From Trichoplax adhaerens (Eukaryota > Animalia > Placozoa): a stretch of 64,000 bases of DNA. Below the pieces are notes generated by a model, which ran no database searches, was not told the origin of the DNA, and saw nothing but the letters and a program-made list of their open reading frames with translations. The stretch lies in contig NW_002060956.1 in assembly GCF_000150275.1 (NCBI RefSeq), positions 256,145 through 320,144 on the forward strand. The letters run 5' to 3'. The position numbers and the translations under genes were made by a program. This document shows positions 1 through 13,310 of the stretch, in pieces. The first letter of the stretch is position 1; each line of letters starts with the position of its first letter.

Positions 1-278
1 GATAAATAAGCGGGCTTATTGTGTATGAACACGGTGAATACAGGATCACTATAAAGGCAAATTCCCTACACCCATACATCCAACAATGAATTGCATGTAA
101 TTAATGCGCTTCAATTATAGAGAAACATTAAAATTTATACAGGAATAATTAATCAAATTAATAATATCCTGCTCGGAACATCATATTTAAATAGCTATAA
201 TCAGCGGCACCGAGTGTACTTAGATTCTAATTACAGCAGTATCAAACATTAAAAATAATTATCATTTTCTCAATATGA

Positions 279-3197
279 CTAATCTGCATTTGTAATATTG
301 TTGTTAGAGGCCTGAGATGGACATTCAAAGTAAGTACAGTGAAAAACCTGTATAAAAGGGTAGATGAAGTTTTATTAATTAGATCTGATAAAAATAGGAA
401 TAAATTAACTGGATTGTTCGATGAAGCAATGTATATCATCAGTGCGATATCAAGATAAAACTTACATCATTAACAGAGTTTTTCGTTCCGACAATTTTAA
501 TAAAGGAAACAGGTTTAGTGTCAAATTGTAACTCCTGCCACGAGCTTTTAGGTAAGATAATTAAATAAATCAAATTTTTGTAGTAATGTCTCGAATACGA
601 AAGATTATATTATTAAAGTAATCAATACTGCGCTTTGTAAACGAGAAAATATCATACCGGCATTGAGTGCCTTTTTGATCCTTTATACGGATCCAGTCTT
701 CCTGATTTACGGATATCTCGACATAATAACTATACCAACGATCGTCTAAGTCCCATAATAGAAATCTAAAACCAAAAATTATCGCTTTTTAATCTCATAC
801 TATTATAAGCCGAAAGATTTTAATGCATCATAACCAATACGATTTTTTAAAAGAGAATGAATGATTACAAATGCCCTAAATCTTACCGTAGAGAATTAAT
901 TAAATATGGTTGCCCAAGTTGTATAACAATGCCGCAAGGACATCCGTTTATCTGATGACATACATAACCGCAGTCCCAGTCATAGTCTTCAGAGAAAGCG
1001 CCACTTAAAAATTTGTTATTGGATCGATTAACGCCTTGTATCAGAGCTGCACCTTTGTCGTGTACGGCAATATTAGTGTTTGGTACTGTAATTAAAGAAA
1101 AATTTTAGCAATCAGATCCATACTGTAAAATACGCTTTCGCTTAGCGTTATTTACAACAATACTTTTATATTAAATCCGAATATCCTTGTAAATTAACTA
1201 ATTGTATTCACAAACCCATTAATCCATTCATATATTCACGTATTGGCCATGATAGTTTATTTAAATAACATTCAAATGACATGACACAAAATCTTCGGTT
1301 AATAATATTTCTGCTTCCAATAACTCGAATATATCTAAAAATCAAATGATATATATTAAGTTATTGTTAAATCTATTTATCTTTCAATTTCAGTACAATA
1401 CTACAATTTTCATTTAAATATACGTTTACCTTACAACAGTAGGACGAAACATCAAGTGTTGCCACGAACGACAATAATAACCACGATAATCGATGATTTC
1501 TCTCCAATTTATATTATCAGTTGAAACTTTAATGTAATAAGAATTTGATGGGCTCTCTTTATCCATCAAAAGCATACGAATCATATTAACGATATATTCA
1601 CGTCCTAGAGTAATTAATACGCCACCGTGGTCATCTTTTAAATCAATGTCATGATAACCTATACCATTTTGCCAATCATAACTTATTGAAATTTCTGATG
1701 GATCACGCTGATTTTCAGCTAAAATAGTAGCACCCAAAGATTTGGCGGCAACATTATTATCTTGAACTATAATTCGATGACATTTAGTTTTGATCGTTAA
1801 AGATTATTTATTAAAAGCATCAATAAAATTAATTTTATTACGAAAGTTTACCCACCGGAATACCCTCTAGGTGTTGATTCCAAATAATTATTAACATCAA
1901 TATCCTGTATAGTATCAAGGATAATTTCTGGCGAGATCAATTTTGTCTCACGAACGACAAGCAAAAGATCGCGTCGATTAATAAGATGTAATCTGATGCA
2001 GGGTATTACCTATAAGAGATTGCACAAGAATTAAAAATAACGTTAAACTAGCTAGCTTTAATTATTGTAATATAACTATGTTAAGTTTCAGTATCTATAA
2101 ACCTTCAAGATGTGTATAATCATGAACTTTTATCCAATTTACTTTGTAGAATGTAAGACACAGTTTACTTGAGCAAGGTTGTAACGTACGTTATTTAACT
2201 ATTAACTTTAAGACCTCAATTAATCTCTCGTCAAATTCTTAAATCTCAGGATACCACGATAACAATAAGCAATTTGTATTCTTGTAGACAATCAACGCTA
2301 TATTCTACTTGTACAGTAAATAACTTTGTCACTGTACGAGAGGATACGACTTACAATGTTATAATTGTAAGTACGTACTGTATATGTCACTTGTAGCTTT
2401 AGACTTAGTTAATATTATGCCCTCAATTCATATCGACTGGTTTGAAGTGATGTAGTAAAGTAATATAACTCATTTTATTTCTTTAAGGAATGAGTGTTAT
2501 AAAACGCGTTGTTTTACACAATTAGTAAATAATTATTATTTTTACTTACATCCTCTTTATCTATTTCAGGATTTGCATTTAGCCATTGTGCCACAGAATT
2601 AAAAATGACAATTTCTTGTGTAAAAAAAGAATCTCTGGATAGCAGATCTACTAACGATGACTTGGAAAGGGTAAGGAATCCATCGGATTTCAAGACATCC
2701 TCAGCGTTAGCGTCAGCAAATTGTAGGCATTGTTGGCGTAGTGATGGAATCTCGTATAAGCCGGCAATTTCGAAAATATCGCAAGCATTCTTACCGTTTA
2801 ATATCGAAGCTAGATATTTACAAATGGCTTCTTGCAACAATTCGAAGCAGTACTGATGAGCTACGGCTAAAAGATCGATTATTTCATCTTGACTGAATAA
2901 AACCAAATCCAGACCACCACTGTAAGTATAGGTTAACAACCGATCGAAAGCTTGACTTTTAATACCATGTAACCTAATCTCACTACTTGATTGAGACTCT
3001 TTCATGCCGTTAAAGAATAAGGCTTTAAAATAATTGGACCGACATGCTAAGATGGCTTTATGACACGAAAATCGGTGCTCTTCAACGACGATAGTGATAT
3101 CGGTAAATTCACCACTATCCATAAGATTTTTCAGATCGTCAGCTAGCGATCGAATATGGCAAATTTCTGATACCGATCCAGTAGATATTTCGCACAT
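279..3197 (-). CDS. BTBD9: BTB/POZ domain-containing protein 9 (BTB-BACK plus two discoidin/F5-8-like repeats), 8 exons
   Basis: Exons 2550-3197, 1856-2009, 1430-1766, 1216-1334, 887-1085, 658-765, 466-544, 279-347; all GT-AG and in phase. BTB (FSCHKAILACRSNYFKALFFNGMKES), BACK domain, then YCRSWQHLMF..YIRVIG, IVIQLGQPYLINSLRFLLWDLDDRWYSYYVE and VFHCTYFECP, which match BTBD9. Confidence 0.93.
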
Positions 3198-3314
3198 GTT
3201 TTCTTTCTTGTACTGCTGTACGTACGGCCACAGTCGATGTAGAGTAGTAGAGTGCAGTTTCAAAGATATCAAGTTAGTGTTAAGTTGGTGATTGCTCCGG
3301 CAAGGACACACTAG

Positions 3315-4260
3315 ATGGAGTTTCCGATACGACAGGGAAAATGGATCACAATTTGCACATTACTACAGTAATTTTCTATCTATTCAAGAGAATAGCAAAA
3401 TCTCTTACCCTACAAGACTTAATTGTTACGCCCTTGATTTGGAAAGTTCTTCAATAAACGAAAGTATTGATTTCTGCTAGCAATGATAAGCACACCGTAG
3501 TCTGTGAAATTTTGGATAAGAAAGTCGAAATGGATTGCAATATTCACACTATTACAGCGATTTTTCTATCTACTCAAGAGAATGGCATAATCACTTACCC
3601 TACAAGACTGAATTCTTGCGCTCTTGATTTGGAAAAGTTCTACACTGGCAATTATAGCAGAAAATAGTGTATTGATTTCTGCCAACAATGATAACCACAC
3701 TATTCGTATGGTCTGTGAAATTGTGAGTAAGACAGTCGAAATGGATCGCAATTTGCACTCTACTACAGCGATTTTTCTATCTAGTCAAGAGAATAGCATA
3801 ATCATTTACCCTACAAGACTGAATTCTTGCGCTCTTGATTTGGAAAAGTTCTACACTGGCAATTATAGCAGAAAATAGTGTGTTGATTTCTGCCAACAAT
3901 AATAAACACACTACTCGTATGGTCTGTGAAATTTCGATACGACGAGGAAAATGCATCATAATTTGTACATTACTACAGTAGCTTTTTCCCTCTATTCAAG
4001 AGAACAACATAATTACTTACCCTACAAGATTTAATCGTTGCGTTCTTCACTGGCAATTCCAGCGGAAAATATGAATTTCTGCCCAGCTATGATAAACACT
4101 CACTGTGGTCTGAAATTTTCGATATGACAGGCAAAATACATCACAATTTGCACGTTACTATAGTAATTTTTCCATCTATTCAAGAGAAAAGCCCAATCCT
4201 TTACCCTACAAGACTTCTTTCTTGTGCTCTTGATGAGGAAAACTTCTTCACCGGTGATTA
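3315..4260. repeat. Tandem array of about 5 diverged 185-211 bp units directly upstream of BTBD9
   Basis: The core TTACCCTACAAGA recurs at about 3405, 3595, 3806, 4017 and 4201, with shared flanks (TTTTCTATCTA.TCAAGAGAA, CTTGATTTGGAAA, GTCTGTGAAATT). Confidence 0.9.
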
Positions 4261-4569
4261 TAAATGGAAGAAATGATAATTAAATTCAACATTTTGAGCA
4301 ATGTTGTTATTGGGGCTAGGCAGCGATTTCTGAATGGATGATTGCAGCCACTGACAGCCACGACTGACTGACTGTCAGTGTTATACTGTTCTACTATACT
4401 GTGCTGTAGTGTGCAGCACGGTATCGGACAAAGGGCCAGAAAGACGCTCCGAGAAAGACTTGTTCAGTATGAGAAGACACCAATTCAAGATGTCGGAAGA
4501 CGATCATGCCAACCAAGGATGGGATAGTATAGAAATATTAGCCGGAAATGACGTATAATGCACAAGAAT

Positions 4570-6515
4570 TTAGAAATGGAGATTTTCTAGGGTAGAATGG
4601 CGGGAAAGTAAAAATATGAATTAAAAGCAATCTTCAATCGAGTATAATTTGCAATGGGAAGTTTTTCCTGACTGGGATAGTGTAGAAATGAATGAAAATG
4701 GCGAATAGTATTATTGAGGATAATTTGGAACGGTTGATTTTCTACGGTAGAATGGCGGAAAGCGTAAAATATGAATGAAAAGCAATCTTCAATCGAGTAT
4801 AATTTGCAATGGGAAGTTTTTCCTGACTGGGATAATGTAAAAATGATGAACAATATAATTGAGGATAATTTGGAACGGTTGATTTCCTATGGTAGAAAAT
4901 GGCGGAAAGCGTAAAATATGAATTAAAAGCTATAATTTGGAAAGGGAAATTTTTCCTGACTGGGATGGTATAGAAATGAATGAAAATGGCGAATAATATA
5001 ATTGAGGATAATTTGGAACGGTTGATTTCCTATGATAGAATGGCGGAAAGCGTAAAATATGAATTAAAAGCAATATTCAATCGAGTATAATTTGGAATGG
5101 GAAATTTTTCCTGACTGGGATAGTGTAGAAATGAATGAAAATGACGAATAATATAATTGAGGATAATTTGGAACGGTTGATTTTCTACAGTAGAATGGCG
5201 AAAAGCGTATAATATGAATTAAAAGCAATCTTCAATCGAGTATAATTTGGAAAATGAAATTTTTCCTGACTGGGATAGTGTAGAAATGAATGAAAATGAC
5301 GATAACTTGGAGATTTCCTGACTAGAGATAGTGTAAAAATAGCAACTGGAAATGACGAAGAATGAAATAGAATTACAAATTGAGACTTTTTCTGATTGGG
5401 ATAGTGTAAAAATACGAACTGAAAATACCCATAAATCGCGTATAATTTGGAAATGGAGATTTTTCCTGACTGGACATTCCAATAGTGTAAAATGATGAAC
5501 TAGAAATGACCAATAATCGGATATAACTTGAAATTAAAAGATTTTTCCAGTGTAGGATAGTTAAAATAAACAGGAATAATTTCCTAGAAATCACCAAGAA
5601 TCGAGTATAACTTGAAAATGGAGATTTTTCTAGAGTACGATCGTGCCAAATTAAATAGAAACTGGAATTATCCAAGAATCGAATATAATTAATTTAGAAA
5701 TGGAGACTTTTCCTGACTTGGATAGTGTAAAAATATGAAGGGAAAATTATCTTGAATCGAGTATCATTTGGAAATGGCGATTTTTCTTAGCTGGAATCGG
5801 TAAAAGTATGAACTGAAAAGGATGAAGAAGCGAGTATAATTCGAAAATGGCAATTTCTCAGAGTAGGATAGTATCGAAATAAATAGGAAGTGTAAATGAC
5901 GAAGAAATCGGGTGTAGCATGGAAATTAACCATAAACGACGTATAATCCAATATCAATTTGGAAATAACGATTTTTCAGTTTCAGTGGGTATCAAATGGC
6001 CTCTGTATCACATATTTATGTTAACTGAAAACCAAGTATAACTTAGGAATGGATGATTTTTCAGTTTTAGTCGGCATCAATGGCTCTTTGTGTCATATTA
6101 TGATTAAATGTAGCAACATATTGTGTCTAGTGTTCAATATTAGCTGGAAATGGCGTGCCAGAATAATCGAATAGAGCTTGCAAATAGATTATCCAGAGTG
6201 AGGTAGCATAAAAATATTGCTGGAAGCAACTTCAGTAATTGACTATAAAAAAAATGGCAATTTTCCAATTGCAGTGAGGTAATATGTCATATGTAATTTA
6301 TTCATATAGATTGATTAAAAATGACGTATCAATTGTATGATAGAAGAGGGATTTGGAAATGACAATTTCCAGTTGGGGTAGGTATCAATGGCTCTCTGTA
6401 AGAATCGACTTCTATTAGTAGTTTCTACTAAATGAAAACGACATACTGTATCATGCAGTCAATCTTTGAAAATGTTGATTTTCTAGTTTCAGCGGGCATC
6501 AATGGCTCTCCGTGA
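4570..6515. repeat. Satellite-like array: about 78-bp monomers, arranged as about 155-bp dimers at 4590-5290 and degenerating rightwards
   Basis: AATGGCG(G/A)AAAG recurs at about 4595, 4750, 4898, 5039 and 5193. The monomer core TATAATTTGGAAATGGAGATTTTTCCTGACTGGGATAGTGTA recurs at about 75-85 bp spacing to about 5900. A variant with ATCAATGGCTCT continues to about 6510. Confidence 0.88.
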
Positions 6516-9500
6516 TATTGATAATATTAAAGCCTTTAAAAGTGCTTGAAACGATGAAGAAAATTGCCCTTTTAGGCCTTCTCACGAGCAAAGAGTGGTA
6601 CTCGAAATACCCAAGTCCAAACTGATTTACTATAAAACCGTATTTTACCAGCTTGAATCATTTGAGCACATTTTATGAAGAGTTTTTCATTCATTGCATT
6701 CATTCAACTCGGTATCCATTTTGTTTTTTTAATATGGGAGGAGGAAGAGAACATTGAAAGCTAGGCACCAGCCAACGGTAGTTCTACAGATTACGGTACT
6801 CAATTTTCCCCCAAAGTCCTTTTACTTTCGTTATACGGTAGTTATTCTATAGCGTGCCACTTTAATATAGATCTAATCTTCCACGACACCATTAGTTTTA
6901 TTCAATTTAACAAACACATGCAGTCCAAACAATATTTCATTCTCGAAATCTTTTTTATTCATCGTATACATTGTCGTTGAAGATTCATCAATTTCCTCTC
7001 GTTCGATGATCCAATGGAATATTGCTATATAAAGATTTCTTTCAATATTTTTTAATCATTCATTATTGAAAGCCTTAACTTTTATGCACGTGCAAAACTA
7101 AAATTCTCACTGAACTTGACTAGTAATAAAAGAATAAAGAAAAAATAGGGAAGGCAAATAGAGTGCATCACATTAGCAACAGGATATTCAGATGTATACT
7201 AACATAGTTCTACTTAACTCACTGTAAAAAGGAAACATCGGCCTTGTAGAGTATTGTCAGAGCTAGGATGTTCTGTACTACATATCGTAAGATAACTCTT
7301 CTTAAGTTGATCTCTGTAAAAGAAATGGAAATATCGTCGTAGTAGCACATTTTTCAGTAAGATAGAGTAAAATAATTCTAGAGATTACTACTGGAAAAAA
7401 AAATGTAAAACATCTGGTTTATTAATCCACTAAAATGTCGTTAAATGTTGATTTATAGTCTATTCGATAAGCTACGATAACGGCTATAAAAAATCATATC
7501 TCTCTATAAGCAGCCTCTATAGAATTAATAAAATTTCCAATTTTTAATACAAATTTTTAAACTCTTTGATCTCCACAGCCGCTAATAGAATGTAATAGGT
7601 TAGCGGAAGTCCATTCTGTTTTTAGTATTTAAGATGGCTTTATTGAACTCAACTTGATCACTAATTAATATAAAATAAATCATACATCAGTTTAGTATAA
7701 TGAGATGGAGAAAAATGATACCATGAGTGAGCGATTGGAATAAAATTTCAAAGCCTCGCCTCAATCAATGTTATTCATTAACAAGATTTCTATAACTAAT
7801 TCTACGATATTTTCTACCCAAGAATTATAAACAAAAGTTTAGATTCTTAGTGGAGGACACTAAATAAGACAGTAATTGTCTTTAATTACAAAAATAAATT
7901 CGACTAATTTTTATTTAGTGATCCATTACTCTATTAATTCCAAACTGTAACATTTACTTATTACGAAAGATTCGGAATAAAATTTGACTGAATAAACAAT
8001 CATAAAGATACATGTAATAAAAGTCTTCAAATTCCTGCGTGAGGGTTAGACTTGAATATTTTATTAATATAGCTTCCATTCAGCTAGAATAGGAGAATAG
8101 TAAGAATTAGTAATCAAGACTGTACTAATTCTAAAATATTCGCTTGTTATTAAAGGCTCTAAATAGACTTTGATGGAATAATTAAATACAATTACACATA
8201 AGATCTATCATATATAGACACATTGATAAAGTATTCAAATTTTCTGTACATAGATTAGAGTTAAAAAAAGATTTTGTTAATGTGGATTTCATTTTAGCGA
8301 GAATGAGTGATCTGATTTAAAGTAAGCTTGAGTAATACAGGCATGGTGCTAGTGCGAAATATTTCAAGGCGATACTCATAATAATACTTATATAGCGACG
8401 GATGTATATAGCTCTATCGTTAAAACTAAAATCCACGCATTTCCATCTTCGTGTCTATAATGTATAAGCTGGAATGTGCCTTCCTTTTACCGAATAAATC
8501 TTGGTCATTATCTAATTAGATAGGTTAGCTTAAGCCCTAAATTTAAAATACAGATAATTCTGATATTTCATACTGTATAATTCTGCCTTTAAAGAAATTG
8601 TATCAGTCCACTGCAAGGGCGACTAATTATATAAAATTATACCATTGATTGATTAATCTTTTGCAAGCTTACTTTTAATGAATAGTGTTTATTAGCAGAA
8701 ATATCCATATTAACAACAAAAAATACGGACCACAATTATACTAATACGAGACAATCATGTTTTTGAAAGTATTTATAATTATGATTCTTAGAATTACTGT
8801 AATTTAAAAATAGTTTACTGTTTTTCTTAATAGGAATGACGATTTGATTGGTTATACTCGTACAGACAGCTTAATTGTTATCGCATCGACATTGATTGAC
8901 AGTTAATAAACGTAAATTGATTCTCAGACTGCACAAAATTAAATTAATTTTTCTTGGCAATAAATGCAAGGGTGACGATAACCAAACAGGCCTGGCGTTA
9001 AAGCATCTACAATTTTGTCAATTTACCTGATCATTTTTTGATGGTTTAATTGTATTACAACGATGACATTCGTCACGTATTTAATTAAAAATCAGAAACT
9101 CAATAACAATTTTGAATTCGAATTTCCTTATTGGTGCTCATATGATTATTTTTGATTACCTTAAGATCATCATCGCAAGATAAATAAGTATAAATCTGTT
9201 ATATTGTGCATCTAAGGGTAATTTTATAAAATTAGTGAAAGTTTCAACAAGGTTCACGCTAAAAGAAGGATAGCAAAAACCTGCATCATGTTAAATCAGT
9301 AGCATTTTTTCTCGGGTAACTCTTCCTGTGTCCAACAGAATTACAATTTATGGCACTTTACAATATAATCGATGGTGAACGATGTACTGTATATTTATTA
9401 TAAATGTAATAAGACATACTAATCAGTGCTAGTAATAAAATAAAATAAATATGATTTTAGCCACTGTACAGTAAATAATTTGATTTTTACAAAGTACATA

Positions 9501-9937
9501 TAGTATAATTTTTACAGTTACACAATAAAATGAAATGAATTACAGTAATATTCCTAATAAATGACTTCTATAATCCCTGATAATTTTGAGTTACGCGTAT
9601 AAACTTAAAATACAAACGTCATTACTCTTGACTGCTTACGATTGCGGAGTAATAAAAACTTAGCAATTAAAAGTTTTTCACTAGGGTCAACTCTTAATAC
9701 AAATCTTTAGCCCTCAGTACTAAGATACATATACATACAGAAGTGTAAAAACATGCTCTTTACAGTAAAACGGAATCAGTAAACTTTCTCTGGTCTGATC
9801 AACAAACGTATAACTGATGATAATACAAATTGGAAATATGTGAAAATGTTTGTATGATATTAATCTTTCGCTCATCTTAAATAATATGCGTAATCGTAAG
9901 TGCTTTAGGCATTGCATATCGTACTGTTACTTTTAAA

Positions 9938-12925
9938 TTAATTATCAAACTTTCTCTCTTTGAAGAAGTCAATATTCAACAAACAACTTGGCAAGTAATC
10001 TTGCTGGACAGGTTTATCATAGTCAGGGTTATACTTATAACCTTTGCCGTAACCTAATTTTTGCATTAACGACGTGGGAGCATTACGTAAATGTAATGGT
10101 ACCGACGGCAGCGGGCCTTTCCATTCGTTAATATTTTTCTTAACTCTATCATATGCCATATAACATTCCACAGATTTAGGTGCACGAGCCAAGTACACAA
10201 CCGTTTGAGCTAGATTTACCTATCATTACGTTATCGTATTCAATCGAGAAAGTGCAATTATTATTTTTGTTTGCATACAAAGATCGACATTGTATATATA
10301 TATAAGCATATAGAATACCTCACACTCCGGCATTCCAATAAATTGACAAGCGTGATAAGCTGCTACAGCAATGAAAAGAGCTTGATTATCAGCTAAACCT
10401 GCAAATCAGAGTTAAATGTGAGCATAACCCTATCTACAGTACTCTAATAATTTGATCAATGTAAAGTTTCTTATGGCAATAGAAAAATCTTCACGTACCA
10501 ACATCTTCGCTTGCAAAACGTATCAATCTACGCGCAATATACGTAGGTTGTTCTCCTCCTTTTAGCATTCTGCACAACCAGTACATGGCAGCATTTTCGT
10601 CGCCACCACGCATTGATTTATGCAAAGCAGATATAATATTATAATGTTCTTCACCACTGCGATCGTATTGCAAATGAGATCGTTGTAAGCTTTCTAGTAC
10701 GTCTTTCTCTGTAACTGCAATTATCGTTGGTAATCTTTCATCATCAACTACATTTCTGCAGCTATCAGACTTTTCACCATGATCATCAAGAATTTTTCCT
10801 TCATCGCCAGTATCAATCCCGCTGTCTTTCGTTCCTTCATCTGTAACACAAGAATCCGATTTGCTATTCTTTAGAATAAGTTCCAATCCCTCCTGAATAC
10901 TTGATAGACGAGTGTTTAGTTCTTTTACAAGTGATGAATTTTTAATTTCTTCTCCATTCGATTGAAGGTCGTCTTTTTTAGTTTCATCTACTTTGATCGG
11001 CATCACCTCATCCACCTGACTAGGTTGGGTAATATCTCTATTATTATAAATGATAATCTTCGATCTAATAGCCATTTCTAGACCATTTAAAGCTTTCCTA
11101 GCATCACCATCGCAAAAATTTCCCAAAGCTTTAAGAGCTTGATCATCCGCTTTAATTTTGTACTTATTACTACAGTAAAAAGAATTTTATTTCAAAGGAT
11201 GATGGTTAGTAAATTGCTACAAATAGGATATGTTGTAATTGTACTGTACAACTATCAATTTCAGTCATTATTACTAATCAATTATACAGTAAAAGCGATA
11301 TGTAACTCATTATCTACACCCATTGCCACAGTAGTTCATCAGTTATCTAAGATTGTGCAGTATTACAGCGTAAAATCTACACAAAGTTACTAGATTATCT
11401 TTTAATAAATCTTAGCACTAATTAATCTTATTTAACACAAACCTACCCAGTTGTAAAATCATCTAGGTCTAGATAGTCTTCAATGTTGTTTAAAGCACTT
11501 TTAAGTATAGTAACAACATTAGCTGAGCTCAGTTTTTGTAATGTAATTACATGACATCTGCTTAAGAGAGCATTATTCAAGCTAAATGAAGGATTTTCCG
11601 TAGTAGCGCCAATCAATACAATGGTGCCATTTTCAACATACGGCAGAAAAACGTCCTAACAAGTATACCAATGAACAATCCATTTCATACAGACATATTA
11701 ATATCAGGCTAGTCGGTAAACAAGCTAACATTCGAAGCTTTGACTATCATGCCATCTAGCGTTGATAAATTACGCGATAGAAGAACAATTTTTTAACCTG
11801 TTGGGCCTTGTTGAATCGATGAATTTCGTCCATAAATAATATCGTTTGACGATTAAACATTGTTCTATCTTTTTGAGCTATGTCGATCACTTCACGCACT
11901 TTCTGTGTCCCACTAGAAGTGGCAGATAGTTGAATAAATCGCATGTTGGCTTTACTTTTGCCACTTTTAGCAATAATATTCGCTAAGGTTGTCTTTATAG
12001 CAGGCAAAGCAAATTAGAAAGATGATTAAGAAGAAAATGATGAACGTTAGTACGAGTGGAAAAAAATTATCGCGGGAAAATTATTTACCATCCACCTTGT
12101 ATACTGTCAATATTATGAAGGATTATCGGCTAAGTAGCATTTATTGACACAATAGATGATATTGCAACATACAGTAGATTAAGATTGCATCCATCTAAAT
12201 TGAGTTTTTACCTTGCCACATCCCGGAGGACCCCAAAATATCATGGAATGGATATCTCCTGATTCGATGAGAGATCGTAGACTAGTTTTACCACCTAGTA
12301 CGTCATCTTGACCGATGTAATCAGTAAGAACGTTTGGCCTGATTTTATCAGCCAGAGGTGTACTGGATTTGGCTTTACTTTTACTTGCATTGGGGGGTGG
12401 CTGATTGCGATTATTCAATTTAGAATTGGTTATAAATACATCATCGGCTAATTCTTGGCTCGATTCCAGTTGCCATTTTTGCATTTCCTTCTTGACATTG
12501 TTAGCGGTACTTTGTGAACTACCCGTATATGCAAATTCATTTGGATCTTGCTGAAAAAAAGATAATTTAGTTTGCCTGGTAGCGTTGTTGGTCAAAACTT
12601 CGTGATGACTATGCTTGGTTTTTTTGACGCTACTACCTATACTACTCATATTAATATTTCTTTTCTTGATCGTTTTCGATTTCAAAGTACTCTGACTGGA
12701 TCGAGCACTTTGCGAAGCGGGAAAGGAATCAGTCAAGCTACTAAAGCTAGCGTTGCTGTTGATGCTATTATTCACATTGTCAGGCGTTGATGGTGGCAGA
12801 TTGTTGAGTTTTTGCGATTCGAAACACCAATTTGCATGTTGGTCAATGGTATCTCGATCGAAATACTTGTCGCAAAAGATACATTTGCAAGGGGATGATT
12901 CTCCAGTTTTACTTGATGATTGCAT
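9938..12925 (-). CDS. WRNIP1: ATPase WRNIP1 (Mgs1/RarA family AAA+ with N-terminal UBZ finger), 6 exons
   Basis: Exons 12212-12925, 11798-11992, 11447-11655, 10499-11169, 10319-10398, 9938-10219. UBZ CIFC..H..WC; PLADKIRP; Walker A GPPGCGKTT; Walker [15 protein letters not shown]; GATTENPSF; [16 protein letters not shown]; FASEDVGLAD; [10 protein letters not shown]. Confidence 0.96.
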
Positions 12926-13169
12926 TTTCCCAATTAATTGGAGCGATTGAAAGTTAACCTCTAGCACGAGAGGACCAGGTCAAAGTAATTTTTGCATAGT
13001 GCTGTAATGTTTAATATGGATAATTATTGATTACTTTGTAAACTTCAATCAAAAGCGCCCTGCATTACCGACCAGCTCGCGATCCGACCTCTACGACATG
13101 CAGCTATATTGCCAAAGGTGAATCTTATAGTAAATCCTTTCCTTGAACTACGATATTGGCCGATCTCCG

Positions 13170-13310
13170 TCTGGACTGTATACTGTACAATTAATCAAAG
13201 ATGATGTCATACCACAGCTTTAAATCTACGATCTGCAAGCTCACTTTCGTACTATATGAGTGCACAAACAGTACTGCACAGCATATCCAATACTAGCGTA
13301 CTCTACTCTA
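13170..13310. promoter_or_regulatory. Putative WRNIP1 promoter with TACTGTA/CAGTAC motifs
   Basis: ACTGTATACTGTACA and ACAGTACTGCACAG about 250-380 bp upstream of the WRNIP1 ATG; same motif family as at the other 5' ends. Function is inferred. Confidence 0.45.

Noticed and set aside
3292-5675. ORFs of 60-100 aa with repeated peptides (YPTRLNSCALDLE, TLSQSGK)
   Set aside because: They are translations of the tandem DNA repeats; frames are not kept between units.
3315-6515. CRISPR-like appearance of the repeats
   Set aside because: Whole units are homologous with no unique spacers, there are no cas genes, and the context is eukaryotic.
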